Origin: a virus
Direction: 5' to 3' (one strand)
IMG/VR virus record: IMGVR_UViG_3300030381_000058
Length of the DNA stretch: 46,648 bases
Shown here one piece after another: positions 24,496 to 32,382 of the stretch. Position 1 is the stretch's first letter. Every line of letters starts with the position of its first letter. The position numbers and the translations under genes are program-made. The notes beneath the pieces were generated by a model, which worked only from the letters and a program-made list of their open reading frames with translations, ran no database searches and was not told the origin of the DNA.

Positions 24496-24549
24496 TATCA
24501 CTTTTTCGTTGAAAATCAAAGGCTTTTTACGCCATTGACTAAAATTTGA

Positions 24550-25599
24550 CTATCCTTCCTTCTCTGGGGTTTCAAACTCATAATTTGCCCCTAGTAGCTT
24601 TTTGTTCACCTTCCTGGAATGTACCTCTCGGATGTGTGTATAAATATCCTTGGTAGTGGATTCTTGGGCGTGTCCCAATAATTTTTGTGCATCTTTTGTT
24701 CTGATGTCCTCTTCGTACAACAGAGTAGCGTATGCGTGACGGATAGGATGCGGGGTGCAGGTTACGCCGGATTCGCGCTTATATTTTGCCCAGCACCCTT
24801 CAAAAACCCCTTCTGTCATCAGCTTTCCGTATTTGTCCGGGAAAATCAATCCCTTGCTCTTCTGGGTGATGATTTTATCCTCCAGGGCTTTCAACAAGGG
24901 TAAGGGGCGGATGCCGTTCTCGGTTTTTGGGGCCTTTATCTTTTTTACACCCAGGGCAGATACACGGGATTTTGTAACGTGAATCAATTTTTCCTTGAAA
25001 TCCACGTCCTCCCAGCGCAGGGCGAGTAGTTCACCGCGCCGCAATCCTGTGTACAACGTCCAATATGCGAACATCCCGAATGTGCACTCTGTCGAATGGA
25101 TCACTCGCTTTATATCATCGTCGCTGGCTATCTGCCGTTTCTTTTTTGGTAGGCCTGCCGGTATCTCTATCTCCCGACAAGCGTTGATCCTTGTGTATCC
25201 GTGCGCCACGGCGTACTTGCAAATCATGTTGATAACAGAACGCTGTGTGCTAGCTGTTTTCCGCGCTGGATGCTGTTCGGCAACATAGCGCATTAAAAAT
25301 GCGTTGATGTCCACGGGTTCAATTTCGGTTATCTGCCTATCGCCCAGAGCCTCGATAGCTCGGCGGATGGGGGCATAGTACGATTTCTTTGTGTTGATTT
25401 CCAGCCCTTCAACGTAGTTCTCCTGCCATTCTTCGGCGATAGCGCCAAATGTCCGGGCTTGTTCCTGTTCCTGTTCGTACTGGTTAATCTTTTCCAGCAC
25501 TTCCCGTTTTGTCCTGCCATAGAAAAATTTGGTTTTCTTTTGGCCGTTTACAACAATAGGCAGAGTTTCCTGCCACCTTCCGTCTGCGCGTTTGTACAT
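24550..25599 (-). CDS. int: Tyrosine recombinase / phage integrase
   Basis: 349 aa. SAM-like N-terminal domain, LRRGELLALRWEDVD (Arg box), HPIRHAYATLL, and LGHAQESTTKDIYTH (catalytic Tyr region). Confidence 0.95.
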   Translation of the reverse strand: MYKRADGRWQETLPIVVNGQKKTKFFYGRTKREVLEKINQYEQEQEQARTFGAIAEEWQENYVEGLEINTKKSYYAPIRRAIEALGDRQITEIEPVDINAFLMRYVAEQHPARKTASTQRSVINMICKYAVAHGYTRINACREIEIPAGLPKKKRQIASDDDIKRVIHSTECTFGMFAYWTLYTGLRRGELLALRWEDVDFKEKLIHVTKSRVSALGVKKIKAPKTENGIRPLPLLKALEDKIITQKSKGLIFPDKYGKLMTEGVFEGCWAKYKRESGVTCTPHPIRHAYATLLYEEDIRTKDAQKLLGHAQESTTKDIYTHIREVHSRKVNKKLLGANYEFETPEKEG

Positions 25600-25673
25600 T
25601 GAATTTTCCTCCTGTGTGTGCTACACTAGCAGGGACTAGCAGCGTAGCAGCGTTGTCTAGTCGGGTTTATAGG

Positions 25674-25717
25674 GGGAGCCGCCTGCACTCGAATTTTGGG
25701 CGGCTCCCTTCTTTTTG
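25674..25717 (+). terminator. Plus-oriented rho-independent terminator upstream of int
   Basis: gggagccgcc (25674-25683) pairs with ggcggctccc (25699-25708), 10 bp, followed by ttctttttg. There is no plus-strand gene upstream; it could stop transcripts antisense to int. Confidence 0.6.
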
Positions 25718-25740
25718 TTCAATATGTCCATGTTTCCACC

Positions 25741-25769
25741 TTGCATTGGTATAGCGTCCCTGCTATACT
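25741..25769 (+). promoter_or_regulatory. Sigma-70-type promoter candidate (+)
   Basis: TTGCAT (25741-25746), a 17-nt spacer, then TATACT (25764-25769). Confidence 0.45.
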
Positions 25770-25775
25770 GGTACC

Positions 25776-25880
25776 GATGCAACGCGGAGAAGTTGAAAAA
25801 GTTGCAGTTTTCTCCTAGCCGTGGGGGCTAGGTGCAGAAAAGCCGTCTGGGAATTCAGGGTCCCGGACGGCTTTTCTTTT
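25776..25880 (+). ncRNA. Candidate ~100-nt small RNA (promoter to terminator, no ORF)
   Basis: Three hairpins: tgcaac/gttgca (25778-25806), cctagcc/ggctagg (25814-25832), and the terminator stem at 25842-25871 followed by a T-run. Confidence 0.35.
25838..25880. terminator. Bidirectional rho-independent terminator
   Basis: 11-bp stem gccgtctggga/tcccggacggc (one G-U), flanked by gaaaa and ttttctttt. It also ends the minus-strand gene 25879..26493. Confidence 0.75.
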
Positions 25881-26493
25881 ATTCAAATTGCGCGTCTTGG
25901 GCTTCGATATCTTCTGTGGTTAGCCCGGAATCCAGAAGATACGCCTGCCGCTGCAACATAGCCTGTTGCAGGAAAGAATTTGCATCCTGGATATCTTCTT
26001 TTGCCTTGCTCAAATACTTCATTTCTTGCTTGTCTACGTATTTAACGATGTTGTCACAAGCGGACGATAGGGTAGCAGCGTAGAACTGCGCGTACTGGAC
26101 ATATTCTTTGTTCGCCTCAGTTTTGAAATCTCCGATTTGTCCGTAGACTTGGGACAGCATACTGCTAGCATTTTTGCAATCATCATAAATATCCAGTAGA
26201 TTGCCGCTTTCCATATTTTTAGAAACGCCGTTGAATCTGGCCTCTGCGCTTTTCATTAGGCCGTAGATTCTAGTGTCCTTTTCCTTGGCAACGTCTACGC
26301 TGTCCTTTGCGCTTTCTTCGCTTTGCTCTTCCTGCTGTTGTTGGTTTGTGTTTTCTTCCGTCTTGTCCGTTTGGTTGGCCGGAGGGGCTGATACCGTTCC
26401 AATGATTCCGCATACAACGAAAAACATCAAAATCCAGAACCAAACCCGCTTATAAACCGGCTTCTTAGGCTTGTTAGGGTCCTTCTTTTTCAT
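25879..26493 (-). CDS. Membrane-anchored extracytoplasmic protein (possible superinfection-exclusion type)
   Basis: 204 aa. Basic N-terminus, TM helix VWFWILMFFVVCGIIGTV, an acidic/Q-rich linker, then a helical domain. Lies in the lysogeny module. Confidence 0.7.
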   Translation of the reverse strand: MKKKDPNKPKKPVYKRVWFWILMFFVVCGIIGTVSAPPANQTDKTEENTNQQQQEEQSEESAKDSVDVAKEKDTRIYGLMKSAEARFNGVSKNMESGNLLDIYDDCKNASSMLSQVYGQIGDFKTEANKEYVQYAQFYAATLSSACDNIVKYVDKQEMKYLSKAKEDIQDANSFLQQAMLQRQAYLLDSGLTTEDIEAQDAQFE

Positions 26494-26538
26494 TACATCC
26501 TCCAGGTAAAAATTTTGCCGCCCACGGCAGCGGAAAAC

Positions 26539-26964
26539 TTAATACCTCACCCAACCCAGTCCACCGTTGAATATGTCGATCAACAGGAACACAATAACCC
26601 CGAATAGGGTAGCCAAAAGCGCAACAGAAAATATACGCTTCTGCTTTCGTTCGTATTCCAGGTGCTTCAACAGCCCTGCAATGCGCTGCTTATAAGCTTC
26701 CTCTAGGTGGTTCTGTGATTCCTCCAACTGGGCCAGGGTGGTATTACTTCTCATGACGCGTTCGTCCTGCGCCGCTTTCTCCGCCCTCAACATGTGCATG
26801 ATTGCATCTGCAATGTCCGGCGGCGGTTCAGATTGCCCGTTGATATAACGGCTTACCATACTCTCGGAGCTGTTACATGTAGCGGCAATCTCCCTTAACG
26901 TTACTCTTGTTTCTTCCTTCAACTCCTTTGCTGTCTTGGCAAATTTTCCACCATCATCACCCAC
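26539..26964 (-). CDS. XRE-type HTH regulator with C-terminal transmembrane anchor
   Basis: GTG 26964 is preceded by GGAG 10 nt upstream. HTH VTLREIAATCNSSESMVSRYINGQ, a coiled-coil, and TM helix IFSVALLATLFGVIVFLLIDIF. The upstream 48 codons of the tracked ORF look non-coding. Confidence 0.65.
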   Translation of the reverse strand: MGDDGGKFAKTAKELKEETRVTLREIAATCNSSESMVSRYINGQSEPPPDIADAIMHMLRAEKAAQDERVMRSNTTLAQLEESQNHLEEAYKQRIAGLLKHLEYERKQKRIFSVALLATLFGVIVFLLIDIFNGGLGWVRY

Positions 26965-27157
26965 GTTTCTACATCTCCATTCATTGCAAGGGGGATGCAA
27001 AAGATTGAAAGGCCCCTTGCGTAGTTTGCAATGGATATTCCACACCTTCCATGTTATGGTAATCCAAGGAAAATTGGAAAAGGGACGATCGGGGAAGGGT
27101 ACTCGCAAACCACCCCGCGTTCCACGTTTACACCATGGGTATAATGGAGGTACAGGG

Positions 27158-27274
27158 ATGGATCGCTTACTGTTGCTGGGGAAGATTCAGGCTATTCTTA
27201 ATGGCCTGACAGACAGAGAGCTGCGGATGTTGTACAACCGCCTACTCGCCGCGAAAAATGGGAGGATAACATGA
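27158..27274 (+). CDS. Small protein (38 aa), unknown function
   Basis: ggagg RBS. Translation MDRLLLLGKIQAILNGLTDRELRMLYNRLLAAKNGRIT*. Confidence 0.35.
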   Translation: MDRLLLLGKIQAILNGLTDRELRMLYNRLLAAKNGRIT

Positions 27275-27342
27275 CTACAACCTATGGAAACAACGACCGA
27301 TTGACAGAAATTATCAACCAGTGCCAAGAGCCGCGCAGGGTG

Positions 27343-27732
27343 TTAGCCCTGCTTGCCCTTATTGTTAAACCATGCTTGAATCAGAACGACAACACTAGAG
27401 AGGAAGTCCAGATCAGCGTCGGTGATGTGTTCACCCGGCTTGGTGATACCCAGTCCAACTAACACGGCTTCGACTTCTTCCTTTGTTACAAGGTCCTTCT
27501 GTCTCGCAGATTGCGGGGCGGGAGGATCTTTTTCGTTCCCATCAGCGAAGCCAAGTAAGAAATCAACGCTTGTTCTGCAAAATCTCGCTATTTGAACCAG
27601 TAAGTCAGACTTAGGATCATGTTTCCCGGTTTCGTATCCATGCAGTGTTGCCGGGGCGATTCCGAGAAGTTTTGCGAGTTCTCTTTGCGACAGGTTGGCC
27701 GCTTCCCGCGCCTCTCTGATTTTGAATTCCAT
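27343..27732 (-). CDS. CI-like repressor (XRE-family HTH)
   Basis: LSQRELAKLLGIAPATLHGYETGKHDPKSDLLVQIARFCRTSVDFLLG. Divergent from a Cro-like gene, with shared operators between them. Confidence 0.9.
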   Translation of the reverse strand: MEFKIREAREAANLSQRELAKLLGIAPATLHGYETGKHDPKSDLLVQIARFCRTSVDFLLGFADGNEKDPPAPQSARQKDLVTKEEVEAVLVGLGITKPGEHITDADLDFLSSVVVLIQAWFNNKGKQG

Positions 27733-27763
27733 ATTGAAATCCTCGCTTTCTTTCGACAGCTAT

Positions 27764-27792
27764 ATAATAGCGCATTGCTTCGGAAATGTCAA
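27764..27792 (-). promoter_or_regulatory. Repressor promoter (minus strand)
   Basis: On the minus strand: TTGACA (27792-27787), a 17-nt spacer, then TATTAT (27769-27764). Confidence 0.6.
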
Positions 27793-27796
27793 CAAG

Positions 27797-27886
27797 AAAT
27801 TCGAGATTCTCTAACTTTTTGCGAAAAACCTCTTGACAAATTCGAGAATCTCAACTATGATATAACCAGAGTTTGAGAAACTCAAA
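27797..27886. promoter_or_regulatory. Three operator-like sites of the lysis/lysogeny switch
   Basis: aaattcgagattctc (27797-27811), aaattcgagaatctc (27838-27852, inside the early-promoter spacer), and the palindrome tttgag-aaa-ctcaaa (27872-27886). Confidence 0.65.
27833..27861 (+). promoter_or_regulatory. Early rightward promoter
   Basis: TTGACA (27833-27838), a 17-nt spacer, then TATGAT (27856-27861). Confidence 0.7.
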
Positions 27887-27910
27887 TTTTTACTAGAAGG
27901 GAGAGGTTAG

Positions 27911-28123
27911 ATGAGGGCGAACATCGAGGCCGAACGTGGCCGCAAGCGGATTCCAAAGTATAAGTTATCCCGGATGCTTGGCATCTCCCAGGAAACTTAT
28001 AACCGGTATATCAACGGCGAGAACTCTATTCCGTCCGATGTGCTTGTAAATATGCGAAACATCTTCGGGTGTTCCATTGATTATCTGCTCGGCGTCATTG
28101 ACGAACGACAGGAAATCAGCTGA
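27911..28123 (+). CDS. Cro-like XRE-family HTH regulator
   Basis: 70 aa. YKLSRMLGISQETYNRYINGENSIPSDVLVNMRNIFGCSIDYLLG. RBS gggagagg. Confidence 0.85.
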   Translation: MRANIEAERGRKRIPKYKLSRMLGISQETYNRYINGENSIPSDVLVNMRNIFGCSIDYLLGVIDERQEIS

Positions 28124-28137
28124 AAGGAGGTGATACC

Positions 28138-28554
28138 ATGGCGAAGAAGTTTGTGGTGAAACCAGAGAACGGCAAGGTTGCCGTCCTGGTTGATGGGACG
28201 GAGATCAAGGACGTTACCACCTACACCATCCGGGAACACGCCGAGAACAGCTATGCGGAAGTCACGCTGTCCTTCATCGTGCGGGACAAGTGGCTGGTGT
28301 TCAAGGGCGAGGATACCGACGGGGCGAAGAAACCTGACCCGGCCTATCTGAAAGTCCTGCAAGAGGACCTGGCCCACGCAAAAACCAAGCTGGAAAACGC
28401 CGACCCGGAAGGTAAGCTGTACGCACTGCAAGTGCTGTACGAAGTGGCGCGGGAGATCGACCGCTACATGGCTTACAACAAGGAAAGGGGGAAGGAAGAT
28501 GGAGAAAGCGACGTTTCACGACCACCTAACCCGTCTCCGGGAACTGTTTCCTGA
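28138..28554 (+). CDS. Hypothetical early protein
   Basis: 138 aa with gaaaggaggtg RBS. Confidence 0.6.
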   Translation: MAKKFVVKPENGKVAVLVDGTEIKDVTTYTIREHAENSYAEVTLSFIVRDKWLVFKGEDTDGAKKPDPAYLKVLQEDLAHAKTKLENADPEGKLYALQVLYEVAREIDRYMAYNKERGKEDGESDVSRPPNPSPGTVS

Positions 28555-28711
28555 GCGGGAGACGATCACGGTGGCGGAAGCCGCCCGGCTGGTGGGGTGC
28601 AAACCCCAGACCCTGCGGGAGAGCCGTGATTTCCCGATGAAGCCCGTTGGACGGGCGAAGCGGTACCATGTAGTACCTATCATTAACCTGGCCCGTTGGA
28701 TGGCCTGCTGA
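28499..28711 (+). CDS. HTH_17 / excisionase-like DNA-binding protein
   Basis: ITVAEAARLVGCKPQTLRESRDFPMKPVGRAKRYHVVPIINLARW. RBS gggggaagg. Confidence 0.55.
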   Translation: MEKATFHDHLTRLRELFPERETITVAEAARLVGCKPQTLRESRDFPMKPVGRAKRYHVVPIINLARWMAC

Positions 28712-28742
28712 AAGGTTGGTGTAGGAAACGCGAAGGAAATAT

Positions 28743-29096
28743 GTGCTGACCGATGAGGTTAAACGAATCGGCGATAAAAAGCTGTATCGCATTCGTGCTG
28801 CGGTATCGTTTGGGGATGTGAAAGAGTGGGACAAAGGTGGGTTTGTTCAATCCACTGCGAATTTGTCCCATGCAGGAAAGTGCTGGATATACGACGGTGC
28901 ATGTGTGTTTGATTATGCGCGTGTTTCCGATGATGCTATCGTCTGCGAAAACGCCTGGGTGTATGAACGGGCGAAAATCAAGGAGCGTGCCTGGGTTGGC
29001 GGAAACGCCGAAGTCTACGGTTTTGCCACGATAACGGGCGAGGCATGGATTGGAGAAGATGCCATTGTATCCGGCAGGCAAACAATAACGGAATGA
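28743..29096 (+). CDS. Beta-helix (hexapeptide-like repeat) protein
   Basis: GTG start. Successive a.V.g.a.i.g.a motifs (CWIYDGACVFDYARVSDDAIVCENAWVYERAKIKERAWVGGNAEVYGFATITGEAWIGEDAIV). Confidence 0.55.
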   Translation: MLTDEVKRIGDKKLYRIRAAVSFGDVKEWDKGGFVQSTANLSHAGKCWIYDGACVFDYARVSDDAIVCENAWVYERAKIKERAWVGGNAEVYGFATITGEAWIGEDAIVSGRQTITE

Positions 29097-29109
29097 AAGG
29101 GGAACAGTA

Positions 29110-29337
29110 ATGACTACTGTACAGGAAATCAAAACCCGCAACACCGAGCGGGAATGGGCTGATATCGAGGCCCTGGTACGGGCTATCAGCCCCACGCTGG
29201 AGAAGAACGCCAAGCGTCGGCGTGACGAGGAAGTTCGCAAGGCGCGGGAAGCCCGGCGGAAGCGTATCCGCAACCGGCGCAAGGCCAACATCAACGCCGC
29301 CCTGCATAACGCTGGTATCCCGCTGCGGTTGGTGTGA
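29110..29337 (+). CDS. Small basic protein
   Basis: 75 aa with an Arg/Lys-rich centre (KNAKRRRDEEVRKAREARRKRIRNRRK). RBS gaaagggg. Confidence 0.5.
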   Translation: MTTVQEIKTRNTEREWADIEALVRAISPTLEKNAKRRRDEEVRKAREARRKRIRNRRKANINAALHNAGIPLRLV

Positions 29338-29341
29338 TGCC

Positions 29342-29647
29342 ATGAAGCACGAATTCACAGTGCCTGCTCAAAGGCCGTGGAGGGACGCCAAAACTGGTGA
29401 TGCTGAACGCCGTGGGCCATATCGCAAAGGCGAAAACCCGGAGATGGTTGAAATTTGCCTGAAATGCCCACGCGAGACGTGTAGACCGAATGGCTGCAAG
29501 TATTTGCAGAATCCACAGGAAAAATTCCCTATTCCGCCCCACTTTGCCGTTCGGCTTCGGGCTGGGTGGTCAAAAGCTAAACTAGCCCGGCAGTATGGCG
29601 TCACGGTCTACCGGGTGCGGAAGTGGGCCGAAAAGCTGGGGAAATGA
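29342..29647 (+). CDS. Small protein with Cys cluster and C-terminal HTH-like segment
   Basis: ATG 29342. CLKCPRETCRPNGC followed by SKAKLARQYGVTVYRVRKWAEKLGK. Confidence 0.5.
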   Translation: MKHEFTVPAQRPWRDAKTGDAERRGPYRKGENPEMVEICLKCPRETCRPNGCKYLQNPQEKFPIPPHFAVRLRAGWSKAKLARQYGVTVYRVRKWAEKLGK

Positions 29648-29737
29648 AAATGCCGCCCACAGGGGCCGAACACCCTGTAAGCGGCAAAGGAAAGAAAAAA
29701 CTATGGATATAGTACCAGAAAGGACGGGATTTGTCAA

Positions 29738-29956
29738 ATGGAAAACAATGAACAGAAGCCGGAACTGTTTCCGATGAATGTCAACATTTCCTTGCCTTTG
29801 GAAAAAGCGAAAATGTTCATCGCGGCTGATTTCGATGATTTCATCGACTATCTGATCGGAAATCACTGCTACGCAGTGTACCGCTATTTCGTCGAGCGCG
29901 ACGAGCAGCTTAAGGGCTGGATTCGAGAAGGAGGTATGGCAGATGACGCTTTTTGA
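29738..29956 (+). CDS. Hypothetical protein (72 aa)
   Basis: ORF only, with a weak RBS. Acidic. Confidence 0.4.
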   Translation: MENNEQKPELFPMNVNISLPLEKAKMFIAADFDDFIDYLIGNHCYAVYRYFVERDEQLKGWIREGGMADDAF

Positions 29957-30449
29957 GATCGACGCCGCAATTCTGACGGCTATCGCCCACGGCACCGACC
30001 CGGAGACCGGGGAGATCAACAACCTGGACGAACTCATGGGCCTGCAAATGGAGCGAGACCAGAAGATTGAGAACACCGCCTGCCTGGTGAAAAACTTGAA
30101 GGCTGATGTCAAGGCTATGAAGGAAGAGGTTAAAACCCTTACGGAACGCCGCTGGACCTTGGAAAAGAATATCGCGTGGCTGGAATCCATGCTGGATGCA
30201 AGCCTTGACGGGCAGAAGTTTAGCTCCCCCCGTTGCGCAGTGACGTTCCGTAACAGTAAGGCTGTTGAAGTGGATGACGAAGGAGCTTTCATCGACTGGG
30301 CCTGTTTGAACGGGCAGGAAGATAATTTCGTCCGCTACAAATCGCCTGAGATCAACAAGGTCAACTTGTTGAAGTGGCTGAAAGAAGACCACCCGCTGGA
30401 CCCGCCTGGTGTGCGGCTGGTGGAGCGGCGCAGTCTGGGGGTGAAATGA
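29943..30449 (+). CDS. Siphovirus Gp157-family protein
   Basis: MTLFEIDAAILTAIAHGTDPETGEI...coiled-coil...CAVTFRNSKAVEVDDEGAFIDW matches the Gp157 pattern as I recall it. Precedes the annealing protein. Confidence 0.7.
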   Translation: MTLFEIDAAILTAIAHGTDPETGEINNLDELMGLQMERDQKIENTACLVKNLKADVKAMKEEVKTLTERRWTLEKNIAWLESMLDASLDGQKFSSPRCAVTFRNSKAVEVDDEGAFIDWACLNGQEDNFVRYKSPEINKVNLLKWLKEDHPLDPPGVRLVERRSLGVK

Positions 30450-31057
30450 TGGAAAACATGGAACTGTACGACAGTTTCCGCGCTGTCCCAGAAAACGCAA
30501 AACGCTCTATCAATGCCGGGCGTTTGAAGGGCAAAACGGATATCAATCCCATGTGGCGTATCAAAGCCCTCACGGAACGATTCGGACCGTGCGGCATCGG
30601 TTGGAAATACGAAATCACCAACCAAGCACTCCAGAACGGCGCAAACGGCGAAATTGCCGCATTCGTTGATATCCGACTGTCCTACAAGGTCGATGATGTT
30701 TGGTCAGAACCCGTTTACGGCGTGGGTGGTTCAATGTTTGTTGCCAAGGAACGGAACGGCCTGTACACGTCGGACGAGTGCTTCAAGATGGCCCTTACGG
30801 ACGCTATCAGCGTTGCAGCAAAAGCCTTGGGCATCGGGGCGGACGTGTATTGGCAAGCGGACGCAACGAAATACACACCGCCACAGACAACCCTTCCGAA
30901 ATGCGAGATGTGCGGCAACGATATTACCGACGATATCCTGGGAGACGGCAAACTGTACTCCCCGGACCAGATTGCACGGGCCACCAAAAAGCAAACCGGG
31001 CAACAGATTTGCTCGGAGTGCATGCGGAAGCTGAAAGCCCATGAAACCACCGCTTGA
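30446..31057 (+). CDS. Single-strand annealing protein (Rad52/Sak-like) with C-terminal zinc ribbon
   Basis: AGRLKGKTDINPMWRIKALTERFGPCGIGWKYEI motif. C-terminus CEMCGNDI...CSECMRK. ATGATG start overlaps the upstream stop. Confidence 0.6.
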   Translation: MMENMELYDSFRAVPENAKRSINAGRLKGKTDINPMWRIKALTERFGPCGIGWKYEITNQALQNGANGEIAAFVDIRLSYKVDDVWSEPVYGVGGSMFVAKERNGLYTSDECFKMALTDAISVAAKALGIGADVYWQADATKYTPPQTTLPKCEMCGNDITDDILGDGKLYSPDQIARATKKQTGQQICSECMRKLKAHETTA

Positions 31058-31763
31058 GATCGTTAAGGGCAGGATCACCGGCTACGATGAGCGGACGGGG
31101 GAGCTGCTGATTAGGGCACCGTATCCCGATTGGGCAACGATGATTAAGCGGGAATTTAAGAGCTGCTTAGTGCAGCCAATAGACAGCCGCCCGCTATCCG
31201 ACAAACAGCGCCGCGCCTGCTACGCCTTAATCGGCGAGATAGCCGACTACACCGGGGAGGGCAAGGACCCCACCAAGGAAAGAATGAAATTGAAATTCTT
31301 GATGGAGGATACCCAGGCCATGGGGGAAACGTTGTTTTCTCTATCCAATGCGCCTATGTCCCTGGTGTGTGGGTTCCAGCGGTTTTTAGTACGGTTTATC
31401 TTAGATTGGCAGATTCCAACCCGCTTCCCTTTGTTGGATATGGTGGACGATACAGGCGATTACCTGTATCACTGTCTGCTAACAAAAACGTGCTGTATCA
31501 CGGGCCGCCCGGCCCAACTACATCACATCGACCGGGTGGGCGCTGGGAGAGATAGGACGGACATTGTGCATGAGGGGATGGAGGTTTTACCTCTGTCCCC
31601 GGAGATGCACCAGTTGGCCCACACTATGCCAGATAGCGAATTTTTTGGGAGGTACCACCTGCCGGGCGGCATCATCCTGGACAAAACACTCTGCAAGGTC
31701 TGGCATCTGAAAAGGAGGAAGGACAATGGAAAACCTGCTGCTGACCAAGAAGGAAGCGGCTGA
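31041..31763 (+). CDS. HNH-motif nuclease-like protein (recombination module)
   Basis: 240 aa. CCITGRPAQLHHIDRVGAGRDR...VLPLSPEMHQLAH (C..G..HH ... H..H). Confidence 0.45.
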   Translation: MKPPLEIVKGRITGYDERTGELLIRAPYPDWATMIKREFKSCLVQPIDSRPLSDKQRRACYALIGEIADYTGEGKDPTKERMKLKFLMEDTQAMGETLFSLSNAPMSLVCGFQRFLVRFILDWQIPTRFPLLDMVDDTGDYLYHCLLTKTCCITGRPAQLHHIDRVGAGRDRTDIVHEGMEVLPLSPEMHQLAHTMPDSEFFGRYHLPGGIILDKTLCKVWHLKRRKDNGKPAADQEGSG

Positions 31764-31938
31764 TTGCCTGAGAATCAGCGTTGCAACGCTTGATTGCATT
31801 CGGAAGCGTGGGTTGGTCACACCTATTAAGATCGGCGCTAGAGTGTATTACACCCCCGCCGAACTGCGCCGCCTTCTAGAAAAGAAGGAAATCCCAACAC
31901 TCCTTCGGTATGACGAAGTCGTACCGTACAGACTGTAA
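31726..31938 (+). CDS. HTH_17 (MerR/excisionase-type) DNA-binding protein
   Basis: LLTKKEAADCLRISVATLDCIRKRGLVTPIKIGARVYYTPAELRRLL. Strong aaaaggagg RBS. Confidence 0.7.
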   Translation: MENLLLTKKEAADCLRISVATLDCIRKRGLVTPIKIGARVYYTPAELRRLLEKKEIPTLLRYDEVVPYRL

Positions 31939-31956
31939 CGAAAGGAAGATACCATC

Positions 31957-32352
31957 ATGGTAAATCACATGATCCTGCAAGGCCGCTTAGTGGCCCAGCC
32001 AGAGCTTCGACACACCCAGAGTGGCGTTGCTGTTGCATCGTTCCGTGTGGCTTGGAGCCGCAAGTACAAGGAGAGCGAAACCAAGCTATTCTTGAACTGC
32101 GTGGCTTGGAGAGGCACCGCCGAGATGCTCTGCAAGTATTTCGGCAAGGGACAGGAAATCATCGTAGAGGGCGAGTTGAACACTCGCGGCTACACCGACC
32201 GGGACGGGAACGACCGGCAGGTGACGGAGTTGATCGTGTCGCAGGCTCATTTCTGTGGGCCGAAGGGCGGCGGAAGCAATCAACCGAGCGGGAACTATGC
32301 TGAACCGGAGTTCAGTGACCTCACGGGAGATGATGGAGAGCTGCCCTTCTGA
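31957..32352 (+). CDS. ssb: Single-stranded DNA-binding protein
   Basis: OB-fold pattern (ILQGRLVAQPELRHTQSGVAVASFRVAW...FLNCVAWRGTAE...GELNTRGYTDRDGN), a Gly-rich linker and the acidic tail DDGELPF. Confidence 0.95.
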   Translation: MVNHMILQGRLVAQPELRHTQSGVAVASFRVAWSRKYKESETKLFLNCVAWRGTAEMLCKYFGKGQEIIVEGELNTRGYTDRDGNDRQVTELIVSQAHFCGPKGGGSNQPSGNYAEPEFSDLTGDDGELPF

Positions 32353-32382
32353 TAGGGCGGCTCTAGGAGTAGGAGGCAAACG

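Larger units (their letters stand above)
24288..24552. other. attP region (core with tRNA 3' end, candidate arm-type repeats)
   Basis: Non-coding and adjacent to the 3' end of int. TTGACTAAAATTTGACTA is exact at 24345-24362 and 24535-24552. cgttgaRaatcaaagg occurs at 24427-24442 and 24507-24522, and aaaatcaaag at 24320. Confidence 0.6.

Noticed and set aside
26965-27108. Upstream 48 codons of the tracked ORF 26539..27108
   Set aside because: The composition is Trp/Pro/Cys-rich and unlike protein. An imperfect palindrome (26985-27040) lies inside it. GTG 26964 with an upstream GGAG begins right before the HTH.
27271-27462. 63-aa + strand ORF with a GGGAGG RBS and ATGA coupling to the 38-aa ORF
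   Set aside because: Its last 120 nt are antisense to the well-supported repressor C-terminus and its sequence is not protein-like there. It is left unannotated. The start signal is good enough that a shorter or regulatory antisense role cannot be excluded.
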